Assembly (NCBI GenBank): GCA_034670305.1
Contig: JAXMNT010000014.1
Coordinates: forward strand, 64,001 to 128,000
Direction of reading: 5' to 3'
From: Deltaproteobacteria bacterium
GTDB lineage: Bacteria > Myxococcota_A > Polyangia > Polyangiales > Houyiibacteriaceae
DNA length: 64,000 nucleotides
Positions 1 to 8,623 of the stretch are shown here, one piece after another. The translations under genes were made by a program, and so were the position numbers. The notes below the pieces were generated by a model that worked only from the letters and a program-made list of their open reading frames with translations, searched no databases and had not been told where the DNA came from. Each line of letters opens with the position of its first letter. Position 1 is the stretch's first letter.

Positions 1-690
1 CGCCTGCGCACGACCGCACGCGACGGCTGGGCAACCGCGCAGCACGCGGACCGCACACCGCCGACCGAGTTCTGGGGCCGCAGCTTTCTGATGGGCCGTT
101 CCCACCTCGTGTTCGCGGCGCGCTCGGTGCTCTCGAAGGTCACCGGTCCGACGCCGCCTCGGGTCTCGACCGTCGACCAACTGCGCGAACGACTCGACGA
201 GCTCGGCCGGGCACCTGCCGCCCCAGACGCGGCACAGCATGCCGTGCGCAGTCGCCTCACCCGACACCTCGAGGCCACCCGCCGGATCTGCGCCGAGCAT
301 GGCTGCGAGGTGGTCGCCGCCGCGTTGCCGCTCGATGTGCAGGTCTACCACGGCGAGTGGGGCAAGTACCGGGCGACCCCGCGGGATCTGCGCCCGACCG
401 AACGGATCGCGGCCGACTTCGTCGCGGACGCACAAGACCTCGGGGTGCCGGCGGTGAACCTCCTCGGGCCACTGCGCGCCGCGTCGCCCGGCGCGTTCTT
501 GCCCGACGACTACCACCTCAGCCCGCGCGGGCACCAAGCGGTGGCGTCGGCGCTGCACGCCCTCCTCTCGACGCAGCACCACGCCGCTTCCGTTCCTCAC
601 TCGCCATCCGCGCCCATGGATCCCGTTCCTTCCGTTCCTTCCACCCCCGTCCCGACGTTGGCCAACACGTTGCCCTCGGAGCTCCCATGA
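1..690 (+). CDS. SGNH/GDSL hydrolase family protein, C-terminal part (5'-truncated by window edge)
   Basis: Frame is open from base 1; SGNH block V-like motif DDYHLSPRGHQAVA; stop overlaps next ATG (ATGA at 687-690). Confidence 0.7.
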   Translation, partial: RLRTTARDGWATAQHADRTPPTEFWGRSFLMGRSHLVFAARSVLSKVTGPTPPRVSTVDQLRERLDELGRAPAAPDAAQHAVRSRLTRHLEATRRICAEHGCEVVAAALPLDVQVYHGEWGKYRATPRDLRPTERIAADFVADAQDLGVPAVNLLGPLRAASPGAFLPDDYHLSPRGHQAVASALHALLSTQHHAASVPHSPSAPMDPVPSVPSTPVPTLANTLPSELP

Positions 691-1427
691 TCCCCTCCGC
701 CCAGTCGCCCTCCCTGCTCACCCGCCTCGCCCTCGCGATCTCTTGGAACGACGACGCCAAGATCGCGAAGCGCTTGGCCGGGTTCTCCGCCACCGAAGCG
801 GGCAGCGCGCTCGACATGTTGAAGGCCGCCGAGGAGTGCACGGAGCCGAAACTCCGGCGCCTCTTCTTCCGGCACGCGCTCGACGAAGCCCGGCACGCGG
901 ACATGTTCCACGCCGCGGCGATCGCCCTCGAGCCCGACACCCAGACCGACGGCTACGACCTCATCCACGCCACGCGGCAGAACCTCTGGGCGCAGTACGG
1001 ACTGATTCGTTTTCTCGCCTTCGTCTACGTGGCCGAAGCCAAGGCCGCGCAGCAGTTCGCGGTGCTCGTTCGCAAGTTCGAGGCCCGGCCGGAGATCGCT
1101 CAGCTGTTTCGCGACGTGCTCAAGGACGAGCGGTTCCACGTCGCCTACAGCCGGCACCTGCTCGACGAACTCATCGCCGAAGGCCACGGCCAAGCGGTGC
1201 GGCGCGCGCTCTGGCGCGTGCGGGTGAGCGGCGCGTGGGGTGCGTGGCGACGCGCCGGGCGCCGCATCGGAGACTTCGTCTCGCGCGGCATCCTCACGGT
1301 GCTCTACGCCACGGTGGTGCCGGTCTTCGCGCTCTTTCAGCGCGTCTCCGAACGCCGGCCGGCCACGGGTTGGCAAGCGGCCCCGGAGCCGCCCCGCACC
1401 CTTGAAGATGCACGGGGCCAGTCGTGA
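687..1427 (+). CDS. Ferritin-like (di-iron) domain protein with SxtJ-like C-terminal membrane segment
   Basis: ATG at 687 is coupled to the upstream stop; two ExxH motifs (DEARH, DERFH) plus E residues in helices 1 and 3; hydrophobic tail IGDFVSRGILTVLYATVVPVFALFQR. Confidence 0.7.
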   Translation: MIPSAQSPSLLTRLALAISWNDDAKIAKRLAGFSATEAGSALDMLKAAEECTEPKLRRLFFRHALDEARHADMFHAAAIALEPDTQTDGYDLIHATRQNLWAQYGLIRFLAFVYVAEAKAAQQFAVLVRKFEARPEIAQLFRDVLKDERFHVAYSRHLLDELIAEGHGQAVRRALWRVRVSGAWGAWRRAGRRIGDFVSRGILTVLYATVVPVFALFQRVSERRPATGWQAAPEPPRTLEDARGQS

Positions 1428-3250
1428 TCGTCCTTGGCATCAGCGCCTACTTTCACGACTCGGCCGCCGCCTTGGTCATCGACGGAGAGATCGTCGCAGC
1501 GGCTCAAGAGGAACGCTTCAGTCGGGTCAAACACGACGCGCGCCTCCCGATGGACGCGATCCGATTCTGCCTCGAGCAGGCCGGCATCACGCTCGACGAG
1601 GTCGACCAGGTCGTCTTCTACGAGAAGCCGCTCCGGAAGTTCGAACGCATCCTCGTGACCCAGTTGCGCGAGTTCCCGCGCGGGGCCGGCCAGTTCGCGC
1701 GCGCCCTCGGCACCTGGCTGACCAAACGGCTCTGGCTGAAGAGCGAACTCTGCGCGGAGCTCGGCTGCGCGCCGGAGCAACTGCTCTTCGTCGACCACCA
1801 CCTCTCGCACGCCGCCTCGAGCTTCTTGTGCGCGCCGTTCGAACACGCCGCGGTGGTCACGGCCGACGGAGTCGGTGAGTGGGCGTCCACCACGATCTAC
1901 GACGCGCACTCCTCGAAGGACTCAACCCGGATCGATCCGGTCGAAGAGATCCGGTTCCCCGATTCGATCGGGCTTCTGTACTCCGCGCTCACCGCGTACC
2001 TCGGGTTCCGGGTCAACGAAGGCGAGTACAAGGTCATGGGGCTCGCGTCCTATGGAGAGCCCCGGTTCGCGGCGCAGTTCGAGAAGCTCTGCATGCTGAA
2101 GGACGACGGCAGCTTCCGGCTCGACCCGACGTACTTCGCCTACCAACGCAGCGCCGAACACAGCTTCACGCCAGCCATGGTCGACTTGCTCGGACCGGCG
2201 CGAACGGCGGACGCACCCCTGCGGTTCGAACAGGGAACGGTCGGCATGGGCGGCGCAGAGGATCAGCGCTTCGCGGACATCGCCGCGTCGCTCCAGCACG
2301 TCACCGAACAAGCGATGCTCGGCCTGGCGCGGCGCGCCAAAGAACGCACCGGTGCCAGCGCGCTGTGTCTGGCGGGCGGGGTCGCGCTCAACTCGGTCGC
2401 CAACCGCAAGATCGCCGAGAGCGGGATCTTCGAACACGTCTTCGTCCAGCCGGCCGCCGGCGACGCGGGCGGCGCGCTCGGTGCCGCGCTCTACGTCGAC
2501 CACGTGCTCGGCGGCACGCCGCGCCGCGGCGGGATGGGCGCGCCGTTTTACGGGCAAGCGTTCGCCGACCAAGACGTGCGCTCGTTTCTGGCCGACTGCC
2601 GCGTGAAGCACACCCACCACGCCGACGACGCCGGCCTGCTCGGCGACGTCGCCTCGAGGCTCGCGGGCGGCGAAGTCGGCGCGTGGTTTCAGGGCCGCTT
2701 CGAGTGGGGCCCGCGCGCACTCGGCGCACGTTCGATCCTCGCCGACCCACGCGACCCCTCGATGGCCGATCGGGTCAACCGCAAGATCAAGTTCCGCGAA
2801 CCCTTCCGCCCGTTCGCGCCCGCGGTGCGCGCCGAAGAAGCGGGCCGCTGGTTCGACACCGGCAACGACGAACACCTCACGCGGTTCATGCTCTCGGTCG
2901 CGCCGGTGACCGCGGAAGGCCGCAAGACCTTGCCCGCCACAACCCACGTCGACGGCACCGCGCGGGTGCAGACGGTGCACGCCGACGAGAACCCGCGCTT
3001 TCACGGCTTGCTCGACGCCTTCCGGGCGGAGACCGGTGTCGGGGTGCTGCTCAACACGAGTCTGAACCTCAAGGGCGAGCCGCTCTGTGCATCGCCGGCG
3101 GAAGCCTACGGCGTGTTCCGCAGGTCGGCGCTCGACTTCCTCGCGATCGAGAACTGCGTGATCAGCAAAGCCGACATCCGCCGACGCGGCGAAGCCGAGC
3201 GAAGCGAGCGTTTGGGGGCTGTGCCCCCAAGATCGGAGAGACGACGATGA
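1424..3250 (+). CDS. O-carbamoyltransferase (NodU/CmcH/TobZ/SxtI family)
   Basis: ILGISAYFHDSAAAL, AAQEERFSR, HHLSHAAS, DGVGE, EYKVMGLASYG, AGGVALN, EWGPRALGARSIL, KFREPFRPFAP, LLNTSLN. Confidence 0.95.
   Translation: MIVLGISAYFHDSAAALVIDGEIVAAAQEERFSRVKHDARLPMDAIRFCLEQAGITLDEVDQVVFYEKPLRKFERILVTQLREFPRGAGQFARALGTWLTKRLWLKSELCAELGCAPEQLLFVDHHLSHAASSFLCAPFEHAAVVTADGVGEWASTTIYDAHSSKDSTRIDPVEEIRFPDSIGLLYSALTAYLGFRVNEGEYKVMGLASYGEPRFAAQFEKLCMLKDDGSFRLDPTYFAYQRSAEHSFTPAMVDLLGPARTADAPLRFEQGTVGMGGAEDQRFADIAASLQHVTEQAMLGLARRAKERTGASALCLAGGVALNSVANRKIAESGIFEHVFVQPAAGDAGGALGAALYVDHVLGGTPRRGGMGAPFYGQAFADQDVRSFLADCRVKHTHHADDAGLLGDVASRLAGGEVGAWFQGRFEWGPRALGARSILADPRDPSMADRVNRKIKFREPFRPFAPAVRAEEAGRWFDTGNDEHLTRFMLSVAPVTAEGRKTLPATTHVDGTARVQTVHADENPRFHGLLDAFRAETGVGVLLNTSLNLKGEPLCASPAEAYGVFRRSALDFLAIENCVISKADIRRRGEAERSERLGAVPPRSERRR
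3179..3232 (-). repeat. Internally deleted copy of modular palindromic repeat (module D), inside carbamoyltransferase 3' end
   Basis: Reverse complement reads TCTTGGGGGCACAGCCCCCAAAC-GCTCGCTTCGCTCGGCTTCGCCGCGTCGG, matching 4477-4602 and 19517-19588. Confidence 0.8.
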
Positions 3251-3393
3251 CTGTCGAACAGGTCCAAGGCCACCGACTCGGGCGCCCGCGCGCTGAGCGC
3301 CCATCCAAGCGGCGCGGCGGCCAACACCCGCTCACCGAACACCGAAAGCGGGCGCTGCCGCGACGTCGAGTGGGACGACTCGGTCGCATCGGC

Positions 3394-3552
3394 ATGCGCT
3401 TTCGAGTGCTCGGAGAACTCTTGCGTTCGTTCGTTCGGAACGGTCGCTACTGGCTCGCGCCGATGGTCGTGGTGTTCGTGCTGGCCGGGCTCTTGCTCGG
3501 TCTGGTGCAGGTCCTCGAGTACGTCGCGCCCTTTGTCTACACGATGTTTTGA
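3394..3552 (+). CDS. Small membrane protein, SxtK/DUF5989-like
   Basis: RYWLAPMVVVFVLAGLLL...VAPFVYTMF C-terminus, directly after the carbamoyltransferase; an alternative coupled ATG at 3247 would give 101 aa. Confidence 0.75.
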   Translation: MRFRVLGELLRSFVRNGRYWLAPMVVVFVLAGLLLGLVQVLEYVAPFVYTMF

Positions 3553-4415
3553 ACTTGGAGATTTCAGTGCGCACTCAATGGATACTTTTGCTCGCCTGTG
3601 CTGCTGCATGCAGCCAGGTACATACCGAACCCTCAACCGATGGGGCGATGGGAGACGCGGGCGCCGACGCCCCCCTGTGCGTGGCGCCGTTCGACGTCTG
3701 CCTGCTGGAGGGACTCGACTGCTGCGACGGCTACTGCGCCGACATCGGCTACGGAGACGCCACGTGTCTTCCGCGGCAGGCGGACGGCCAGTTCTGTCTG
3801 ACCGACGACGCCTGTCTGAGCGGCAACTGTCTGGAGAACGTGTGCGGCGGCCCCGACGCACCCGAGTGCTCCGCAGAGGGCAGTGCGTGTGGCGACCCCG
3901 GTGACGAGGCGTGTTGCGAAGCGCTCGTCTGCATCGTGCAGGAAGACGGCAGCGGCGCGTGTGAGGTCCAGCGCACGGATGGGGAGCCTTGTCGCGTCCG
4001 TGGACAATGCGCATCGCTTCAGTGCAACGACGGCACCTGCGGCCCGCCCACCGAATGTGTGTCGGAAGGCAACACCTGCGGGTTCGGATTCGGCGACACC
4101 TGCTGCGGCGAAGCCGAGTGCCGGATGATCTTCTACGGCAGCTCCGTGTGCACCGTGCCCAAAGCGGATGGCGCCGCCTGCAGCTACCGGCAGGAGTGTG
4201 CATCGAACCGTTGCTACGAAGGGCTCTGCCGGTCGGCCGAATGTGCCGAGCTGGAAGGCGCGTGCAGCTACGACCACCAGTGCTGTGCGGGGTACTGCAC
4301 GGGGCTCGGCGACTACGTACCTGGCGCGTGCGCGAACCGGCATCCCGAAGGCGAGCCGTGCATGCGCAACGAGTGGTGTGTCAGCGGAAGCTGCGTCGAC
4401 GGCGCCTGCGAGTAG
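3549..4415 (+). CDS. Cys-rich lipoprotein
   Basis: TTG start overlapping the previous stop; lipobox-like LLLACAAAC; repeated G..C....(D/Q)C.S..C..G.C modules. Confidence 0.75.
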   Translation: MNLEISVRTQWILLLACAAACSQVHTEPSTDGAMGDAGADAPLCVAPFDVCLLEGLDCCDGYCADIGYGDATCLPRQADGQFCLTDDACLSGNCLENVCGGPDAPECSAEGSACGDPGDEACCEALVCIVQEDGSGACEVQRTDGEPCRVRGQCASLQCNDGTCGPPTECVSEGNTCGFGFGDTCCGEAECRMIFYGSSVCTVPKADGAACSYRQECASNRCYEGLCRSAECAELEGACSYDHQCCAGYCTGLGDYVPGACANRHPEGEPCMRNEWCVSGSCVDGACE

Positions 4416-4476
4416 CCCAAGAGTTCGTGCGGCGGGCTCCCTTCCACACAAAGGGAGTCCGTCGCACAACGTTGTC

Positions 4477-4602
4477 TCTTGGGGGCACAGCCCCCAAACC
4501 CCGTCCCGGTGACACCCCTGGCTCGCTTCGCGAGACTGCACGCTGTCGAGTTCTCATGGCCACTGCGGGCCTGGCTCGCTTCGCTCGACTTCGCCGCGTC
4601 GG
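4477..4602 (+). repeat. Modular REP/BIME-like palindromic repeat cluster
   Basis: TTGGGGGCACAGCCCCCAAACCCCGTCCCGGTGACAC followed by CTGGCTCGCTTCGCGAGACTG and GGGCCTGGCTCGCTTCGCTCG; same modules at 19.3, 40.0, 45.2 and 63.5 kb. Confidence 0.85.
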
Positions 4603-4609
4603 TGCGGCC

Positions 4610-4840
4610 CTAGCAGGTCGCTGAAAAGCGACCTGCTCCCTTGCCGTTGCCCTTGCCCGTGCCCTTGCCCGCGTCGTGGACGCCGTGTGTTTCGCCGACG
4701 GCGAGGCCGCGAATCGGAGCCCGATCGTCGCGCTGATCAAGCGACCTGACCGCTGATCCGCGGGCAAGGGCAAAGGCAAGGGCAGGGGCAAGGGGCCGGC
4801 TGCGAGAACGCCCTGCGGGCGTTCTTCAGCAGCCTGCTAG
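4610..4840. mobile_element. MITE-like non-autonomous element bounded by CTAG
   Basis: Left end CTAGCAGGTCGCTGAAAA; right end (reverse complement) CTAGCAGGCTGCTGAAGAA; internal (CCTTGC/CCGTGC)n and complementary (GGGCAA)n arms; left ~85 bp recur at 42313-42398. Confidence 0.65.
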
Positions 4841-5340
4841 AACGCGCCGCCGTAGCCGAGCGCCAGCAATAGGAAACCGACGACGCCGGTGAGGATCGTG
4901 AGTCCCCGCGCGACCGGTCGGAGCAGCGCGCGCGCGGACCCGCCGGCCCCTGGTCGTTTGCCGAACCCGAGTCCGATGAGCGAGACCGCCAGGCAAAGGA
5001 GCCACGCGAGCGCCGCGCCGGGTGTGTCGGAGTCCGGCCGACTGTGTCCGACCGTCATCAACCCGACGATGTAGACCGCGGTGACGTTGCCCATCGCGGT
5101 CACGGTCGCGATCAATGTGGCGACGAGCGGCTTGAGCGAGAGGGTCTGGCCCGCGAGGTCTTCGCCGATCTGATCCCGAAGCCAGGCTTCCTTCTTCTCG
5201 GAGTCCGCGAGCGCACGTTTCGACGAGGCGAGCTTCGAGCGCAGCTGCGCGACCTCGGCTTCGAGCGACTCCGCTTGGCGCTGGAGGGCCTCGACCGGAG
5301 ACTCGCCCGGCGCTCCGCCTTCGGGAGCCGCGAGGCTCAT
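4837..5340 (-). CDS. Hypothetical membrane protein (N-terminal coiled coil, ~3 TM)
   Basis: MSLAAPEGG...LQRQAESLEAEVAQLRSKL followed by hydrophobic segments; start coupled to upstream stop. Confidence 0.7.
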   Translation of the reverse strand: MSLAAPEGGAPGESPVEALQRQAESLEAEVAQLRSKLASSKRALADSEKKEAWLRDQIGEDLAGQTLSLKPLVATLIATVTAMGNVTAVYIVGLMTVGHSRPDSDTPGAALAWLLCLAVSLIGLGFGKRPGAGGSARALLRPVARGLTILTGVVGFLLLALGYGGAF

Positions 5341-5786
5341 CGCACGCCCCCAAGCGCCAGGTTCACGACCGGCAGGATCGCCACGAGCAGTCCGACCGCG
5401 AACGCCAGCTGGAAGCGTCGTCCGGTGCCCGCGTAGGGCCAGGCCACCGCCATCGTGAGCAGGCCTGGCGCCCCGAGCCACAGAATCGCCGGGATGACCG
5501 TCGGGTCGCGGCTGATGTAGTGGTGCCACTCGATGTGAATGAGCGAGGCGAGCAAACCAACGGTGGCGAGCACCCACACCGCGACGTCCACCCGATCCTG
5601 CCGCCATCCGCTGGGGCCGCTCTTCGGGCCCGCGGTCGCCAAGCGGTCGGCGCTCTTCGCGGCCCGTGCTTTCGATGCGGTCAGCGCGTCGGTCGTCTCG
5701 AGCAACGCCGCGTCGAGCTTCGTGCGCGAGGCGACAAGGGCTTCCACCCGCACCCGCAGCGCGGCTTCTTGGTCCCGGTAGGCCAT
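5337..5786 (-). CDS. Hypothetical membrane protein (coiled coil plus 3 TM)
   Basis: MAYRDQEAALRVRVEALVASR coiled coil then three hydrophobic helices; same architecture as its neighbour. Confidence 0.7.
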   Translation of the reverse strand: MAYRDQEAALRVRVEALVASRTKLDAALLETTDALTASKARAAKSADRLATAGPKSGPSGWRQDRVDVAVWVLATVGLLASLIHIEWHHYISRDPTVIPAILWLGAPGLLTMAVAWPYAGTGRRFQLAFAVGLLVAILPVVNLALGGVR

Positions 5787-5788
5787 GA

Positions 5789-6511
5789 CTACTGGAAGTT
5801 CTGCACGCTCCACATGCTGCCGCCGGCGTCGTAGAAACCACAGGCGACGCGGGTGTGCGCGGTGTTCGACATGTTGATGTAGTGGCCGTGGGCGCTGAAC
5901 GGTTCGCCCGGGCCCTCGTCCCACATCGCTTGCAGACACCCGGTGATCACGTGTTCGTGGCTTCGCCAACCGGGGCACTCGTTCTGTGCGCGGCCGCCCG
6001 GCGAACAGATGCGATCGCGGAAGCCGCCATGCGCGCCGGCTCCGTTGGCGTCGTACTCCGCGTGTTGGTCGGCGCAGCCCTCCGCCTCGGTCCACCGCAT
6101 GAGCGGGGGCAGGCACTGGCACTCCCAGCGGAACTGGTTGATGCGGTTCACACAGTCTTGGTACGGGTCGCCGGTGGATGCGGGCGGCGTCGGCGCACAC
6201 GGTGTGATCGGCGCGGCGAGCGGGCCGCTGGCGCATTCGCCGGGCGGCGGTCCGCTGTCGGTGCCCATCGGACCGGTGTCGGTGCCCATCGGACCGGTGT
6301 CGGTGCTCATCGGACCGGCGTCGGTGCCCGTCGGTCCGGTGTCGGTGCCCATCGCGCCGCTGTCCACACCCGGTCCGCCATCGACCCGTGGGCCCGAGTC
6401 CCGCGGGCCCACGTCGGCGAGCACCAAGTCGCCCACGCGGGTGAGCTCGCCTTCGCATCCGACGAGCGCCATCAGCGCGATGCACTGCACGAGTGGGAGG
6501 CGGGTCGACAC
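5789..6511 (-). CDS. CAP (SCP/Tpx-1/Ag5/PR-1) domain lipoprotein
   Basis: Lipobox ALVGC; TDTGPMG repeats; INQFR, QNEC, MWDEG, GHYINM, VACG motifs. Confidence 0.8.
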   Translation of the reverse strand: MSTRLPLVQCIALMALVGCEGELTRVGDLVLADVGPRDSGPRVDGGPGVDSGAMGTDTGPTGTDAGPMSTDTGPMGTDTGPMGTDSGPPPGECASGPLAAPITPCAPTPPASTGDPYQDCVNRINQFRWECQCLPPLMRWTEAEGCADQHAEYDANGAGAHGGFRDRICSPGGRAQNECPGWRSHEHVITGCLQAMWDEGPGEPFSAHGHYINMSNTAHTRVACGFYDAGGSMWSVQNFQ

Positions 6512-6695
6512 GGCGGCAGGATAGCAAGGATGCCCAAACGACGCTCCCAGCGGCGCGTGCGTCAGCAGGTGGCCCAGACGAGCACCGCGAGCAGTGAGAT
6601 CGTCAGCGCCATCGAGGTCGCCAGGCCGAGCAACGGTCCCCGGACCGCGCGCGGCCCTTTGGCCGACGGGTTCGGCGGACCACCGGGCACACCAC

Positions 6696-7433
6696 TCACG
6701 ACGCGGACTCCGACTCGGGTGTCGAAGAAGCAGCCGCGGCGGCTTCGGCCAGCCGATCGGCGAAACGTTTGGGTGGACTCAGATGCCGGTTGGGCTCGAG
6801 CGCACCTTGGCACTTCGGACAACGCACCGCCTCGACCCGCGCCGGATGTCCGCACTTGACGCACGGACGGCGCAGGCTGCGATCGGCGACGAACGAGAGC
6901 GCGAACCCAGCGGTCGCCCCAAGGGACAGCACCAACAACAAGAGCAGCGGCACGATCGGGAAGAAGATGAGCAGTGTGCCCATCGTCACGAGGCCGCCCT
7001 CCTCGAACCGCGCAATCCACGCCGTCGCCGCGTCGTCCACGACCTCGCGCGCGCGCTCTCGGACGGTGGAGCGGATGAGCCCCATCATCATCGCGACGCC
7101 GCCACCGGAGGCGACTTCGAGCGAACCGAACTCTTGGTCGGTGAGACCCGCCATGGTCGCGGCCGCCGCGAGGGAAGCCGCCGCGGCGAGTCCCACGCGG
7201 ACGAAACGCAGGATGACGTCCGCGCTCGCGCTGGAGTCTCGTTCGTAGAACAACTCGAACACCGCGAAGCCGCACGCCAGCGTCATCGCGAGCGGGTGGC
7301 CCAGCATCTCGAACGCACCATTCATCTCGACCGCGCCGAAGCCGATCAGGAGCGAACACACCGCAATCGAGAGCGAGGGTCGGATGCCGGCCAACATGCC
7401 GGCTTCAATGATTCGTAGGCTGTCGTCGTTCAT
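6696..7433 (-). CDS. Membrane protein (DUF4126-like) with C-terminal zinc ribbon
   Basis: LAGIRPSL N-terminus, several TM segments, CVKCGH...CPKC. Confidence 0.65.
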   Translation of the reverse strand: MNDDSLRIIEAGMLAGIRPSLSIAVCSLLIGFGAVEMNGAFEMLGHPLAMTLACGFAVFELFYERDSSASADVILRFVRVGLAAAASLAAAATMAGLTDQEFGSLEVASGGGVAMMMGLIRSTVRERAREVVDDAATAWIARFEEGGLVTMGTLLIFFPIVPLLLLLVLSLGATAGFALSFVADRSLRRPCVKCGHPARVEAVRCPKCQGALEPNRHLSPPKRFADRLAEAAAAASSTPESESAS

Positions 7434-7490
7434 GGGTCAGGCGGTCAGGCGGATGCCGACGCGGCGAGGCAGAGCGCAGCATCCGCAAGG

Positions 7491-8168
7491 TCAGGCGGAC
7501 ATGCACATGTCCATCATCGAGGTGTATAGCTCGTAGACCAAGTCCACGACTGCGAGTGCGACGAACACACCAAAGAGCATCACGAAAAGCGACGCGACGA
7601 GCAACAACCACTCTCCCCCACTCACGGGTGTGCCGGCGCGCTCCCGCCCGACCTGCCACAAACAGTAGATGCGGCCGACCTGCCAGAGCAGCGTGATCAA
7701 GAGCACGGTCTCGACCGACGCGGCGCACGGCATGAAGAGCGCGAGGCTGCCGAGCGCGAGCAACCAGGTGGTGGTCAGCCGCAAGGTCCACCGGGCCACG
7801 AAACGCCGTTTGCCGGACGTCAGCGAAAGGCACGGGTTGGCCACCCAGAACCGGAACGCGATGAGCGCGCCGATCTGCGGCAGAAGCGAAAGCATCGGCA
7901 GCGGCGTCACGATCACGCTCACGAGCAGCGCCATGCCGAGCACGATCCAGAACCGTTCCTTGGTCAGCGCGGCGAGCTCCGCCTGGACCGTCTCCCCGAA
8001 CTTCTGATCCGGGAACACGCCACCACACACGTCACACGGCTCACTGCGCAGCACGCCCGGACGCGACGTCACCTCGGCACAGAACGGACACCGCCCCCGA
8101 AGCGCGAGCGCCAGCCCATGCTGCTGGATCAGAGCGCTCGGCGGCGCTTCTCGAAACGGCCCCCCCAT
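7491..8168 (-). CDS. Membrane protein with N-terminal zinc finger
   Basis: Probable start ATG 8168 (MGGPFRE); CPFC...CDVCG then 5-6 TM helices. The longer ORF runs into the RAYT inverted repeat. Confidence 0.65.
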   Translation of the reverse strand: MGGPFREAPPSALIQQHGLALALRGRCPFCAEVTSRPGVLRSEPCDVCGGVFPDQKFGETVQAELAALTKERFWIVLGMALLVSVIVTPLPMLSLLPQIGALIAFRFWVANPCLSLTSGKRRFVARWTLRLTTTWLLALGSLALFMPCAASVETVLLITLLWQVGRIYCLWQVGRERAGTPVSGGEWLLLVASLFVMLFGVFVALAVVDLVYELYTSMMDMCMSA

Positions 8169-8356
8169 GGGTGGGCGAAACCTACCCGCTTTCGGCCGCT
8201 GCGACACCCGGCTTGGCAGATGGCTGGTGGAACGGGCGCCAGGTCTGGGCCCAGGTCTGGGCCCGGAGTCCGGACGGGACTGCGGCCCAACATCAGCGCG
8301 GATCCAGGACTGCCCACGGCCAGCTGCGGCCGCTGGGACCGTCGCCCGCGGGGCTC

Positions 8357-8566
8357 TGTTGCTTAATAGGGCGGTGGGGTTCCGGCGCGGGGAGGCCTCT
8401 CGGGGGACTGAGGCGTGCGGACGGCGCGTGGGCGGGGCTGGTTTGCCAATGCAGCATGCTGCTGCACCGCTTGAACTGCCGTGTTCTCGTCGCCGCCGTT
8501 CGTTGCCCGGCTCAGGCCTTGAAGCGCAGCGCCAAGACTGCGTCACCGCGCTCGAAAAGTGGCTGC
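8357..8566 (+). repeat. Left long inverted repeat flanking RAYT
   Basis: Aligns along its length with the reverse complement of 9367-9574 (TGTTGCTTAATAGGGCGG, TTGCCAATGCAGCATGCTGCTGCACCGCTT, CGCCGTTCGTTGCCCGGCTCAGG). Confidence 0.9.
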
Positions 8567-8623
8567 GCGGAGCAAGAAGGCCTGGATGAGAACGTGGGAA
8601 TGTGCTATCTATGCTAAATCAAA

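Noticed and set aside
1-3552. Saxitoxin biosynthetic cluster
   Set aside because: Only sxtI/J/K/L-like genes are visible; no sxtA/G/B core genes in the window, and this module is widespread outside toxin producers.
4433-4461. Hairpin CGGGCTCCCTT...AAGGGAGTCCG as an intrinsic terminator
   Set aside because: Good stem but no U-tract on either strand; not called.
6520-6538. Sigma-54 site upstream of the CAP gene (TGGGCATCCTTGCT)
   Set aside because: GG-to-GC spacing is not 10 nt.
8167-8617. ORFs containing MQHAAAPL on both sides of the RAYT as a duplicated peptide gene
   Set aside because: The similarity is explained by the DNA inverted repeat; frames break between copies and there is no RBS.
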